Source: an uncultured delta proteobacterium
Lineage (GTDB): Bacteria; Myxococcota; B64-G9
Reading direction: 5' to 3'
NCBI GenBank assembly: GCA_963754925.1
Contig: CAVWHX010000003.1
Location: forward strand, 128,001 to 192,000
DNA: 64,000 bases
Shown: in pieces, positions 10,389-20,546 of the stretch
How positions within the stretch are numbered: the first letter of the stretch is position 1
Layout of the letters: every line of letters begins with the position of its first letter
Position numbers and translations under genes: made by a program
Notes under the pieces: model-generated
Seen by the model: the letters and a program-made list of their open reading frames with translations, nothing else
Databases searched by the model: none
What the model was told of the DNA's origin: nothing

Positions 10389-11261
10389 GTGGAGAAAGCA
10401 CCCAACCGTTCGGGCAGCCTCTACCTGGTTGCGACACCGATAGGCAACCTTGAGGACATTACCTTGCGCGGCTTGCGGGTATTGCGTGAGGTTGCCTTGA
10501 TAGCGGCCGAAGATACCCGTCATACGCAACAGCTCCTCTCGGCCTACGGGATAACCGCCCGGCTCATGAGTTATCGGGAACAGAACCATACCGCGGCGTC
10601 GGGTAGAATTTGCGAAGTCCTGGGCGCGGGTATGGATGTGGCGCTTACCACCGATGCCGGCACGCCGGGGCTCAGCGATCCCGGTGCAGCGCTCGTCGCG
10701 ATGGTCGTGGCCCGTGGGTTTCGCGTCGTACCGGTGCCCGGTCCCAGCGCGGTTATCGCCGCGCTGACTGCCTCGGGCCTGCCGACCGACCGGTTTCTCT
10801 TCCTCGGTTTTCTTCCCCGCAAGGTCGGCACCGTCCGAAAGCTTCTTGAAACCCTATCAAAAGAAGTCTGCACGCTCGTCATCTACGAATCTCCGCATCG
10901 ACTGGGGAAGACGCTTTCGCTCCTGGCCGAGGTCTTTAGCGCCCGTCAGGCGGTTGTGGTCCGCGAGCTGACCAAACAGCACGAAACCTTTGACCGGGGT
11001 ACGCTCGCCGAGCTTGCGCAGCGTTACCATGAAGGCACCCTCGGCGAAGTAACGCTCGTCATAGAGGGCGCCTCCGAGAGCAGCCCCGCCGTTTCCCGGG
11101 AGTTACAGGAGTTGGTGACGCTTTTGAAAGAGGGACGCGCACTTCCGACCGGCGAAATAGCGCGGCTTCTCGGACCACTGACTGGATTGGATCGCCGCAG
11201 CCTCTACCAGCTTGTAATTGAGCGCACCGATACATCTACCGATTCTGAAGATAAAGAATAG
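10389..11261 (+). CDS. rsmI: 16S rRNA C1402 2'-O-methyltransferase
   Basis: LYLVATPIGNLEDIT, AEDTR, DAGTPGLSDPG, YESPHR, RELTK. Confidence 0.96.
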   Translation: MEKAPNRSGSLYLVATPIGNLEDITLRGLRVLREVALIAAEDTRHTQQLLSAYGITARLMSYREQNHTAASGRICEVLGAGMDVALTTDAGTPGLSDPGAALVAMVVARGFRVVPVPGPSAVIAALTASGLPTDRFLFLGFLPRKVGTVRKLLETLSKEVCTLVIYESPHRLGKTLSLLAEVFSARQAVVVRELTKQHETFDRGTLAELAQRYHEGTLGEVTLVIEGASESSPAVSRELQELVTLLKEGRALPTGEIARLLGPLTGLDRRSLYQLVIERTDTSTDSEDKE

Positions 11262-11384
11262 TCCCACCGGCTGCCACCTGACTGATTTCTCAATCAACAG
11301 TTGTATCGCAGGCAGCTTTATGGTAAAAAAGTTAAGGGTCAACACCAAGCGCCTCATCACCACGAGGCCTGAGGAGTCGTAATC

Positions 11385-12239
11385 ATGGGCGAATCATTCG
11401 ATCGTTTCAGCGGCACCAAAAAGTATCTTACCTCAGCCGAGCTTCGCCATGCGGTCAACGTGGCGGTCGCGTTGGGACGGCCGTTGTTGGTCAAAGGCGA
11501 ACCCGGAACCGGCAAAACCCTGCTTGCCCACGCGGTAGCGGAAGACTTGGGGTTAGAGCTTTTAGTCTGGAACGTGAAATCCACCTCCAAAGCAATCGAG
11601 GGACTGTACCTCTACGACACGGTGCAGCGTCTGCAGGACAGCCGCTTTGGCGACCGAGACGTCTCGGATATCCGCCAATATATTAAGCTTGGTCCTTTGG
11701 GAAAAGCGCTCACTCACGAAAACCAGGTCGTACTGTTGATCGACGAGATCGATAAAGCTGACCTGGAGTTTCCGAACGACTTGCTAGCCGAGCTCGATAC
11801 CATGGAGTTCACGGTGACCGAGACCGGCGATCACCACAAAGCCAAACATCGCCCGGTGGTGGTGGTTACCTCTAACAGCGAAAAGGAGCTGCCAGACGCA
11901 TTTTTACGCCGCTGCGTTTTCCACTACATCGAGTTTCCCGACGAGGATCTCATGGCTAAAATTGTCCGAGTTCACCACCCGGACGTTGCCAAGAAGTTGC
12001 TCGAGCAGTGCATGAAGAAATTTTATTGGCTGCGTTCGCTGGATGGCTTGCGCAAGCGCCCCTCGACGTCGGAATTGATCGATTGGATCGGCGCTCTGAT
12101 CCAAGCGGGCGTCCCTGAATCCGAGGTGGCTTCAGCAATACCCTTCCTGGGGGCGCTCATCAAGCGGCACGAAGATATCGAGGTCGTTGCCAACAATGGT
12201 CGCACGGTGCACTATTCGGGGCGCGACACCTGGCGTTGA
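11385..12239 (+). CDS. MoxR-family AAA+ ATPase
   Basis: GEPGTGKT Walker A, LLIDEIDKAD Walker B, TSNSEKELPDAFLRRC. Confidence 0.92.
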   Translation: MGESFDRFSGTKKYLTSAELRHAVNVAVALGRPLLVKGEPGTGKTLLAHAVAEDLGLELLVWNVKSTSKAIEGLYLYDTVQRLQDSRFGDRDVSDIRQYIKLGPLGKALTHENQVVLLIDEIDKADLEFPNDLLAELDTMEFTVTETGDHHKAKHRPVVVVTSNSEKELPDAFLRRCVFHYIEFPDEDLMAKIVRVHHPDVAKKLLEQCMKKFYWLRSLDGLRKRPSTSELIDWIGALIQAGVPESEVASAIPFLGALIKRHEDIEVVANNGRTVHYSGRDTWR

Positions 12240-12249
12240 GGTTTTCGCC

Positions 12250-13446
12250 GTGAGCGAAGGAATCTTTCTGGGCTTTTTCTTTCGGCTGCGTTCGCAGGGC
12301 CTGCCGGTATCTCCGACCGAATGGCTGACTCTGGTTGAGGGCTTGTGCCGCGGCCTGCACGGCTCGTCGATGATAGGTTTTTACTCCCTGGCGCGTTCGG
12401 TACTGATCAAGGACGAGGCCCGGTTGGACGCCTTTGATCAAGCTTTCGCAGAGCAGTTTAAGGGCGTCACGCACGTGGCGAAGATTGAGGAAGAAGTATG
12501 GCGTTGGCTTGAAACCGCGCTCGAACGATATCCCATCGACCCGGCCCTGCTCAAGATGCTCGACCAGGTGGACGTGGACGCCTTGCGGGAGCTTTTTGAG
12601 CAGCGCCTGCGCGAACAAACCGAGCGGCATGACGGCGGCAACAAATGGATCGGCACCGGTGGAACCTCGCCTTTTGGCCACAGCGGCTACCATCCCGGCG
12701 GCATCCGCGTGGGCGGCGAAGGCCATTTAGGCTCGGCCGTCAAGGTGGCCGCCGCCCGACGCTATCGCGAGCATCGCCAGGATTTGGTCCTCGACACCCG
12801 CCAATTGTCGGTGGCGCTTAAAAAATTACGGGCGCTGAAAAGGGTCGGCCAAGCCGAGGAGCTTGATCTCGACAACACCATCGATCGCAGCGCCAAAAGC
12901 GCCGGCGAGCTCGAGTTGGTCTTCCGTCCCCCACGGCGCAACCAGTTGACGATGCTCCTGGCCATGGATGTCGGCGGCTCGATGGAGCCCTACCGCCATC
13001 TGGTGGATATTCTATTCTCCGCCGCGCATGCTTCGAAGCACTTCAAGCGACTGTCGCACGTCTACTTCCACAACTGCATCTACGATCGGGTGTATCTCAA
13101 CGCTTCGTTTAGTGAAACCATGCCGACGTCCGAGCTCCTGGCCAAAACCGATCGCGATACCCGTTTGGTGCTCGTCGGCGACGCCTACATGGCCCCCAGC
13201 GAACTCTCCATGCGTAACGGAGCCATCGACTGGAACGACCAAAACGAGATCCCCGGCATCGTGTGGCTCAAACGCATATCCGATCATTTCCGCTACAAGG
13301 CCTGGCTCAATCCGATGTCCCTGCGGTATTGGAACGCTTCTTCGACCAGCACTATCCGCAAGGTATTCCAGATGCTGCCGCTCACGGTGGAAGGGGTCGA
13401 GAGCCTCGCCACCGAGCTGAGCCGCGGGGGGATGCGGCGGCACTGA
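12250..13446 (+). CDS. VWA/CoxE-like partner of the MoxR ATPase
   Basis: GGNKWIGTGGTSPFG, DVGGSM MIDAS-like motif, YFHNC, VGDA, WLNP. Starts 10 nt after the ATPase. Confidence 0.88.
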   Translation: MSEGIFLGFFFRLRSQGLPVSPTEWLTLVEGLCRGLHGSSMIGFYSLARSVLIKDEARLDAFDQAFAEQFKGVTHVAKIEEEVWRWLETALERYPIDPALLKMLDQVDVDALRELFEQRLREQTERHDGGNKWIGTGGTSPFGHSGYHPGGIRVGGEGHLGSAVKVAAARRYREHRQDLVLDTRQLSVALKKLRALKRVGQAEELDLDNTIDRSAKSAGELELVFRPPRRNQLTMLLAMDVGGSMEPYRHLVDILFSAAHASKHFKRLSHVYFHNCIYDRVYLNASFSETMPTSELLAKTDRDTRLVLVGDAYMAPSELSMRNGAIDWNDQNEIPGIVWLKRISDHFRYKAWLNPMSLRYWNASSTSTIRKVFQMLPLTVEGVESLATELSRGGMRRH

Positions 13447-13477
13447 TAATGCTCCCATACTGGTAGGAGGGCTCCCC

Positions 13478-15478
13478 ATGGGTTACCTACCGTTGATTGA
13501 GGATCTGGCGATCATCGCCGGCCTCAGCGTGGCGGTAACCGTCGTGCTGGCTCGACTGCGCGTGCCGACCGTGGCGGGTTTTCTGGCGGCTGGAGCATTA
13601 ATCGGTCCTTTTGGCCTGGGCCTCATAACCGAAGTTGCTGCCATCGAGTCGCTGGCCGAGGTCGGGGTGGTTCTACTCCTGTTTACCATCGGCTTGGAGT
13701 TCTCAGTCGAACGCATGCGGCACATATTTAGGCAGGCGGCGTTGGGAGGCATAGTCCAGGTTATGACCACCCTGGCCGCAACGGCCGCGATTGCACTTTT
13801 CTACGGCCACACCCTGGGCCAGGCCCTGTTCTACGGATTCGTTTTGGCCATGTCGAGCACCGCTATTGTACTGCGGGCGCTTGCCGAACGCGGAGAACTC
13901 GATGCGCCGCATGGCCGCTTCATCGTTGGAGCGCTTATTTTCCAAGATCTCTGCGTTGTCCCCATGGTGCTGCTGGTGCCGGTCCTCGCCGGCGGGTCCA
14001 CCACCGGGGCCGTCACCGGCGAGATCGCCCTGGCGCTCGGTAAGGCTGCCCTGGTTGTCGCCGGCGCCCTCATGGCGGCGCGGTTTTTAGTGCCGCGTTT
14101 GTTGCGCTGGGTGGACGCGGCCCGCAGCCGCGATGTCTTTTTACTTGCGGTCCTGGCCATATGCGTCGGCACGGCTTGGCTCACCTCGCTGGTCGGCCTC
14201 TCCTTGGCGCTCGGCGCATTTTTGGGAGGGATGGTCGTCGCCGACACCGAGTTTCAGCATCGTGCGATGGGAGACATCATTCCGCTGCGCGACACGTTCA
14301 TGAGCGTGTTTTTCATTTCTCTCGGAATGTTGTTCGATACCCGTCTGCTCATCGACCGCCCGCTCGACGTGGCCCTGCTCCTCGCGGGCTTCGTTGTCGG
14401 CAAGGCCGTGCTTTCGATGCTCGCCGCGGCAGTAATGCGTTTTCCGGCGCGGGCGGCCTGGCTGGCCGGTATCGGCCTGGCTCAGTTCGGCGAGTTTGGT
14501 TTCGTGTTGATCACGCTGGGCGCGTCATTTGGTCTGACCGACAAAAACGCGGTGAGCACTCTGCTTGCGGCGGGCATCCTGAGCATGTTTTTCACGCCGG
14601 TGCTCATCCGTCTGGCGCCGCGCATCTCGGCCGGGGAAAAACTCATCTCCCCGCTCACCCGACTTCTAGGCGTGCGCGGCATCGAACAGGTCGAGCGCCC
14701 CGAGGAAATCAAGCGGCATATCGTCGTCATCGGCTATGGCGTTGCCGGTAAGCTGGTTGTCCGAGCCTTGGACGCATGCGGGTTCCCCCCGGTGGTTCTC
14801 GAACTCAATGCGGAGACCGTGCGCCGCGCTCGAGAAGCTGGAGAATCGGTATACTACGCGGACGCCACCAGCGCAGAGGCCCTCAGTCACGCTCAAATCC
14901 AGAACGCCCGCGCCGTGGTCATCCTGATCAACGATCCGCAGGCGATTCTGCGCGTCGTGGATACGGTGCATCGTGCAGCGCCGGCGATACCGGTGATCAT
15001 CCGCACCAGATACCTCGCGGAACGATCGACGCTCACCAAACTGGGCGCCACGGACGTGGTGGCCGAGGAAGTGGAAGCGAGCGTCGAAGTGATCGCTCGG
15101 CTGCTGCGGCGCCTCGATGTTCCCCGTAACCTCATCGATTCGCGGATACGGGAGGCGCGTGAAGCGCTGCAGACATCCGATCGCCGGGTCAAGATTCCGC
15201 GAAACGTTTTACCCGAACATGAAGCCTTGGCGGATCTCAAGATCGACAGCATGCTGGTCAGCGAGGACAGCCATGCGGTCGGTCGGACGGCGCTCGAGCT
15301 CGAACTCCGCTCCAAAACCCGCGCGCTCATCGTCGCAGTCCGGCGCGGCGAGCACCTGCTTGACCACCCCGACCCCCAGGAACCCTTCGCGGCGGGCGAT
15401 ATCATCTACTTGGTCGGCACCAGCCCGGCCATTAGGCAAGCGGTTGATCTTCTCGATCAACCCACCCACACCTATTGA
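13478..15478 (+). CDS. CPA2 cation:proton antiporter (KefB/C-like) with TrkA-N and TrkA-C domains
   Basis: Multiple TM helices, GVVLLLFTIGLE, SSTAIV, FQD, QFGEFGFV, GYG Rossmann motif and a C-terminal RCK-C domain. Confidence 0.92.
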   Translation: MGYLPLIEDLAIIAGLSVAVTVVLARLRVPTVAGFLAAGALIGPFGLGLITEVAAIESLAEVGVVLLLFTIGLEFSVERMRHIFRQAALGGIVQVMTTLAATAAIALFYGHTLGQALFYGFVLAMSSTAIVLRALAERGELDAPHGRFIVGALIFQDLCVVPMVLLVPVLAGGSTTGAVTGEIALALGKAALVVAGALMAARFLVPRLLRWVDAARSRDVFLLAVLAICVGTAWLTSLVGLSLALGAFLGGMVVADTEFQHRAMGDIIPLRDTFMSVFFISLGMLFDTRLLIDRPLDVALLLAGFVVGKAVLSMLAAAVMRFPARAAWLAGIGLAQFGEFGFVLITLGASFGLTDKNAVSTLLAAGILSMFFTPVLIRLAPRISAGEKLISPLTRLLGVRGIEQVERPEEIKRHIVVIGYGVAGKLVVRALDACGFPPVVLELNAETVRRAREAGESVYYADATSAEALSHAQIQNARAVVILINDPQAILRVVDTVHRAAPAIPVIIRTRYLAERSTLTKLGATDVVAEEVEASVEVIARLLRRLDVPRNLIDSRIREAREALQTSDRRVKIPRNVLPEHEALADLKIDSMLVSEDSHAVGRTALELELRSKTRALIVAVRRGEHLLDHPDPQEPFAAGDIIYLVGTSPAIRQAVDLLDQPTHTY

Positions 15479-15509
15479 CTTTCCGCGACCTGCTGCGTAC
15501 GGTCGTCAC

Positions 15510-18191
15510 ATGAGCACAGACTCTCGGCCGCTGCTCGTCCTGATCGACGGCAGCTCGTACATCCATCGAGCTTACCATGCTATCCAACACCTCTCCACCA
15601 GCCAGGGAGTGCCGACCAACGCCGTCTTCGGCGTTACGAGAATGCTGCTTGCGCTTCTCGACGAGTTGCAACCCACGTATGTGGCGGTGGTTCTGGACAA
15701 GGGCGGAAAAACCTTCCGCCATGAACTGTACCCTGCCTATAAAGCGAATCGACCGCATGCCCCCGAGGACTTAGTAGTACAGCTACCGGTTGTGCGCGAG
15801 GCGATCACGGCGTTGAACCTTCCGTTGATAGAGCAAGCCGGCGTCGAGGCGGACGATCTGATCGGCAGTTTGGCGCGGCGTGCGGTCCAGGAGGGCTTCG
15901 ACGTGCTGATTTCGAGCGGCGACAAAGACCTGATGCAGCTCGTCGGCGATCGCATTCACATGGTCGATTCCCTGCGCGAGGTTCGGTACGATCGCAACGC
16001 CGTCCTGGAAAAGCTCGGGGTGCCACCGGAACGGGTCGCCGATCTGCTCGCGCTGATGGGAGATGCGTCGGACAATATTCCCGGCGTGACCGGGGTCGGC
16101 GAAAAAACGGCGGCGAAGCTTCTTGCCGAGTACGGCGATCTCGAGGGCGTGCTGGCCGCGGCCCCCGGCATGAAGAAGGGCAAATTACGCGATACCTTAA
16201 TCGCGGATGCGTCAACGGCGAGGCTATCGCTGCAGCTTGCCACCCTCAAGCTCGATCTTGAGCTTCCCTTCGCGCCGATAGAGCTTGCCCGGCAACCCGC
16301 CGATGACGAGCGCCTCAACCGTTTTCTCGAAAAATGTGAATTCACCTCGTTGCGACGCAAGCTCATGCCGAAAAAGACGCTCGACACCGATAGCTACCGG
16401 ACGGTGCAGAGTGTCGAGGCGTTTGAGCGGGTTCTCACTCGAATTCGCGAAACCAAAACCTGTGCGATTGACCTTGAGACAACCGCGCTTGACCCGGTGC
16501 GCGCCGAGATTGTCGGGATCAGCCTCTCCCCGGCGCTCGGGGAGGCCTATTACATTCCGGTCGCCCATCGCGGCCCGACCGCTGTCGGGCAGTTGCCGCG
16601 CGTCGAGGTCATTGAACGGCTGCAACCCCTCCTTCGCGATCCGCAGGTGCGCTGGTTTGGGCATAATATTAAATATGACGCTATCGTGCTCGTCAATCGG
16701 CATGCGCTTCCGATTGCAACCATAGCCTGCGACAGCATGCTGGCCTCCTATTTACTTGATCCGGATCGTTTCAGCCATAGTCTCGACAGTCTGACCCAGG
16801 AATTGTTGCGGCACGATCCGCTCACCTACCAGCAGGTGACCGGTAAGGGCAAGCAACAGATCGCCTTCGCCGACGTGGACGTTAACACGGCCACGCGCTA
16901 CTCCTGCGAAGACGCCGACGCCACGTTCCGGCTCTGCACGCTGTTGCTGCCGCGGCTCGCCGAAGCGGGGCTCATGCAGCTTTTTTCAGAGATCGAGCTG
17001 CCCCTCATTCCCGTCCTGGTGGATATGGAGCTTACCGGGATACGCGTTGACCCGGAGCGACTCCGCCTCTTAGGCAACGAGCTCGAACGGGAGATCGAGC
17101 GAACCCAAGAACGCATCTATCGGCTGGCCGGGCATGAGTTCAATATCCAATCCCCTGCGCAATTACGCACGGTGCTGTTCGAAGAGCTGCAGCTTGACGA
17201 GAAGAAAAAGACTAAATCCGGCGCCTCGACCGACTCGACCGTGCTCGAGGAACTGGCCATCTCGCACGAACTCCCGGGCGAAATCCTCAACTACCGTTCT
17301 CTGTCCAAACTCAAGTCAACGTATATCGATGTGCTCCCCCAAATGATAAACCCCGAGACCGGGTGCATTCACACGAGCTTCAATCAGGCGGTCGCAGCCA
17401 CCGGGCGCTTGTCATCCTCGGATCCAAACCTGCAAAATATTCCGGCGCGCACCGAGCTTGGTCTGCGCATTCGCGAGGCGTTTGTCGCCTCGCCCGGCTG
17501 TCTTCTGCTCTCGGCAGATTATTCTCAAGTAGAGCTGCGCATTCTCGCGTATCTCAGCCAAGATGCCGCGTTTTGCGAAGCGTTTCGCCAGGGCGAGGAT
17601 ATCCATGCTCATACCGCGGCCCGCGTTTTTGGAGTCCCTATCATGCAGGTCACGAGCGAAATGCGCCAGCGCGCCAAGGCGGTCAACTTCGGAATCATCT
17701 ACGGCCAAGGACCCTTCAATCTCTCCCGGCAGCTGCGTATACCGCGCGCCGAGGCCAAGGAAATCATCGACCATTACCTCGAGAAACACCGCGACGTACG
17801 AACCTGGGTCGAAAAAACCCACGAGCAGGCGCGCCGGCAGGGCTATGTCTCAACCCTTTTCGGACGAAAACGCTTCGTGCCGGATATCAACAGCCCTAAC
17901 CATGCCGCGCGGGCAAACGCAGAGCGCGTCGCTCAAAACACTCCTCTTCAGGGCACCGCCGCCGATATTATCAAGCGTGCGATGATCGCCATTCATAACG
18001 AACTCAAAGAACGCAAGCTGCACTCCCGCATGGTGTTGCAGGTCCACGATGAGTTGCTATTCGACGTCCCCGAATCCGAGTTGACGACCATCCAGGCCCT
18101 GGTGCGGGAGAAGATGGAGGGCGCGGCAGAACCGCACCTTACGCTGACGGTGGATATGGCCATTGGACGTACCTGGGCGGAAGCACGCTAG
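15510..18191 (+). CDS. polA: DNA polymerase I
   Basis: 5'-3' exonuclease (LIDGSSYIHRAYH, EADD), 3'-5' exonuclease (DLETT), polymerase motifs (ADYSQVELR, KAVNFGIIYG, QVHDEL). Start set at MSTDS (15510). Confidence 0.98.
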   Translation: MSTDSRPLLVLIDGSSYIHRAYHAIQHLSTSQGVPTNAVFGVTRMLLALLDELQPTYVAVVLDKGGKTFRHELYPAYKANRPHAPEDLVVQLPVVREAITALNLPLIEQAGVEADDLIGSLARRAVQEGFDVLISSGDKDLMQLVGDRIHMVDSLREVRYDRNAVLEKLGVPPERVADLLALMGDASDNIPGVTGVGEKTAAKLLAEYGDLEGVLAAAPGMKKGKLRDTLIADASTARLSLQLATLKLDLELPFAPIELARQPADDERLNRFLEKCEFTSLRRKLMPKKTLDTDSYRTVQSVEAFERVLTRIRETKTCAIDLETTALDPVRAEIVGISLSPALGEAYYIPVAHRGPTAVGQLPRVEVIERLQPLLRDPQVRWFGHNIKYDAIVLVNRHALPIATIACDSMLASYLLDPDRFSHSLDSLTQELLRHDPLTYQQVTGKGKQQIAFADVDVNTATRYSCEDADATFRLCTLLLPRLAEAGLMQLFSEIELPLIPVLVDMELTGIRVDPERLRLLGNELEREIERTQERIYRLAGHEFNIQSPAQLRTVLFEELQLDEKKKTKSGASTDSTVLEELAISHELPGEILNYRSLSKLKSTYIDVLPQMINPETGCIHTSFNQAVAATGRLSSSDPNLQNIPARTELGLRIREAFVASPGCLLLSADYSQVELRILAYLSQDAAFCEAFRQGEDIHAHTAARVFGVPIMQVTSEMRQRAKAVNFGIIYGQGPFNLSRQLRIPRAEAKEIIDHYLEKHRDVRTWVEKTHEQARRQGYVSTLFGRKRFVPDINSPNHAARANAERVAQNTPLQGTAADIIKRAMIAIHNELKERKLHSRMVLQVHDELLFDVPESELTTIQALVREKMEGAAEPHLTLTVDMAIGRTWAEAR

Positions 18192-18231
18192 GGTTGTGGG
18201 AAGGTATGCGAAGTTATGGCGCTCTGTATAT

Positions 18232-18258
18232 AAAAAAAGCCGGGTCACGTTCCCGGCT
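18232..18258 (-). terminator. Rho-independent terminator of the csp gene
   Basis: AGCCGGG-N7-CCCGGCT stem with an A-run on the left, which is a U-tract on the minus strand. Confidence 0.7.
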
Positions 18259-18292
18259 CTCAGACGTTATGACTCAAACTCGCTCGACGAAA

Positions 18293-18496
18293 CTAAGTGA
18301 CCTTCGACACGTTACGGGCCTGTAGTCCTTTGGGCCCTTGACTGACTTCAAATTCGACCGTATCACCTTCCTTTAACCACTTAAAACCCTCTGCTTGGAT
18401 CGACGAGAAGTGCACAAAGACGTCCTCACCGTTTTCCTGTTCGATAAATCCAAATCCCTTCGCGTCGTTAAACCATTTCACCTTACCTGTTGCCAT
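18293..18496 (-). CDS. cspA: Cold-shock protein (CspA family)
   Basis: [15 protein letters not shown] (RNP1) and DVFVHFS (RNP2). Confidence 0.95.
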   Translation of the reverse strand: MATGKVKWFNDAKGFGFIEQENGEDVFVHFSSIQAEGFKWLKEGDTVEFEVSQGPKGLQARNVSKVT

Positions 18497-18980
18497 GCGT
18501 CCATCTCCTTCTCAGCTTCGCCCAACAGCGTAAGCGGCGAACCCACGCCGCTTGGCTATTGGGACATCAATAGCGGTACCAAGACCGGAATAAAAGCTTG
18601 CTGGATCATAACGTTCCAGCTTACCGACTCACCTCGTTTGCACAGGGAAAATTGAGAAGATACCACATTCCACGCTACTAGAGTGCCAGCGATCCGCACT
18701 TCTGTCAAGGCTTTTTCTAATAAAAATCGCACCCGTTTCTCGCCTATCACCCGTTATTCCTGCTACAGTCAGGGATACCGGGCCAAGAAGCGGCAACGCA
18801 TTTCTTGACTGGTGTCATGAGTCTACGGCAGGTGATGTCCGTGAGGACCCAAGAGGGCGGCAAGTGCTCGACAATCGAACAGTTGGTTGTTTGGTAGCCT
18901 TGAGCCATTTCTTGTGGTTTGGCCATATCTAATATACCGGTACTCATGGCGTGGATTCTATACGGTAAGGAGGTTCGACG

Positions 18981-20123
18981 ATGTGTCGATCTTCACGCTG
19001 TTGGTTGGCGCTTTGCAGTGCTTTCATGCTGTTAGGATTTCCCCTCCACGGGCAAGAAGCAGACAATCTCTCACCGGAAGAAACTATGCAGGAGGCATCA
19101 CCTGCGGAACAACCGGCGATCCAAACTCCGACCAACGAGCAAGAGCATATCGTTGTTACCGGCGACACGCTGTGGGATATCAGTGCCCGGTACAAAAACA
19201 GTCCATGGTATTGGCCTCAGATCTGGTCCTTCAACCCGCAGATTAGCAATCCCCACTGGATATATCCCGGTCAGCGGATTCGTTTCCTTACCGACGGACA
19301 ACTGCCAACCGAGATCACGGATGTACAAGCTAGCGTGGCGCTGACCTCCGGAGGGGATGAAGAAGAACTACCCCCGGACTTAGTCAGGATCGTCGGGCCC
19401 GGCATTTTTAAAATCAAGGATCCCAAATCGATCCTCGTCCGACGTCAAGCGTTTATACTCGACAAGGAGCATGACGCTCTGGGAACGATTAGTGGCTCGA
19501 TAAGAAACGTAGAAATGCTCGCGACGTTCGATCCAATCTTTGTCAGCTTCCAAAAGAATGCTTCCGCCGCGGTGGGTGAAAAGTATGCGGTTATCCGCAC
19601 CGGGGAAAAAATCGAGCACCCGATAACCGGCGACCTGGTAGGCTACTATTCGCACATCTTGGGGACCGTTCAGCTCAACGGCATCGAAGAGAGCACTGCC
19701 ACGGCGACGATCACCGAGGCAGTCGAACCGATTTATCGCGGTGACACCATAGGACCGTTACCGCCCGAGCTAACCAAGCTAGTCACCCCGCAACCAAACA
19801 CCGTCGAAACGAAGGGCTACATCGTAGGCTCCGAAATTACCCTCACCATCCTTGGCGAAAACAACATGGTTTTCATCGATCAGGGAAGCCAACAGGGTGT
19901 GGCCGAGGGTAATATATTCGATGTGGTGCGTCGGGAAGACGGTTTTTCGCCCAACGGCGATACCAAGGACGAAGGCACAACGTGGGATACCATTCTGCCG
20001 ATCGAGATCATGGGCCGCATCATGATTGTTGACGCCCGCGGAACCACCTCTACGGGCGTGGTGCTGTCAAGTCTGCGCGAAATTCGGGTAGGCGACCGCG
20101 TTCAGATGTCTGTTGTCCGCTAG
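18981..20123 (+). CDS. Secreted LysM peptidoglycan-binding protein
   Basis: Signal peptide, HIVVTGDTLWDIS...WPQIW...NPHWIYPG. LysM-dprA linkage is a common arrangement. Confidence 0.9.
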   Translation: MCRSSRCWLALCSAFMLLGFPLHGQEADNLSPEETMQEASPAEQPAIQTPTNEQEHIVVTGDTLWDISARYKNSPWYWPQIWSFNPQISNPHWIYPGQRIRFLTDGQLPTEITDVQASVALTSGGDEEELPPDLVRIVGPGIFKIKDPKSILVRRQAFILDKEHDALGTISGSIRNVEMLATFDPIFVSFQKNASAAVGEKYAVIRTGEKIEHPITGDLVGYYSHILGTVQLNGIEESTATATITEAVEPIYRGDTIGPLPPELTKLVTPQPNTVETKGYIVGSEITLTILGENNMVFIDQGSQQGVAEGNIFDVVRREDGFSPNGDTKDEGTTWDTILPIEIMGRIMIVDARGTTSTGVVLSSLREIRVGDRVQMSVVR

Positions 20124-20172
20124 CTCCTCTTTCACAAACTGCTGATTATTACTGACGACCTGAGTCACATGC

Positions 20173-20492
20173 ATTCAGAGCGTCAGAACAAAGCAGACCA
20201 AGGCGCTTTCGATGCAGAGGAATTAGAGACTGTTAGCGAACGAAGTGAGTTTACAGTCTCTTATCCTCGAAGGGGGCGAGGCGTATTTCAATACGCTGCA
20301 GTGACGAGACTTAGAGATTGTTGCCGAGCGAAGCGAGGCCTACAATCTCTTATCCCTTCAGGGAGAGGAAGCAACGAAGGTATACCATTGCTGCTAAGGC
20401 ATACCATTGCTCCTAATCATGCACAGGCAATGGTACGGGTGGATCTTCAAAATACTTTGAGCCACCCAGTGCGAAGTTATGGCGCTCTGAAT
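20173..20492. mobile_element. Putative ~320-bp MITE-like element with imperfect terminal inverted repeats and two nested hairpin modules
   Basis: Left end ATTCAGAGCGTCA and right end TGGCGCTCTGAAT match at 12 of 13 nt as inverted repeats. Internal GCGTATTTCAATACGC hairpin. Nested modules at 20223-20276 and 20311-20364. Confidence 0.6.
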
Positions 20493-20546
20493 CAAAAGAA
20501 AAATGACTTGACGAGGACCGTCCTCATCGTGATAGATGAGGCCGCC

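Noticed and set aside
15117..15509. 131-aa N-terminal extension of PolA
   Set aside because: Overlaps the antiporter gene. PolA homology begins at MSTDS (15510).
20395..20412. Sigma54 promoter-like GGCATACCATTGC
   Set aside because: GG-to-GC spacing is 9 nt rather than the required 10, and it lies inside the repeat element.
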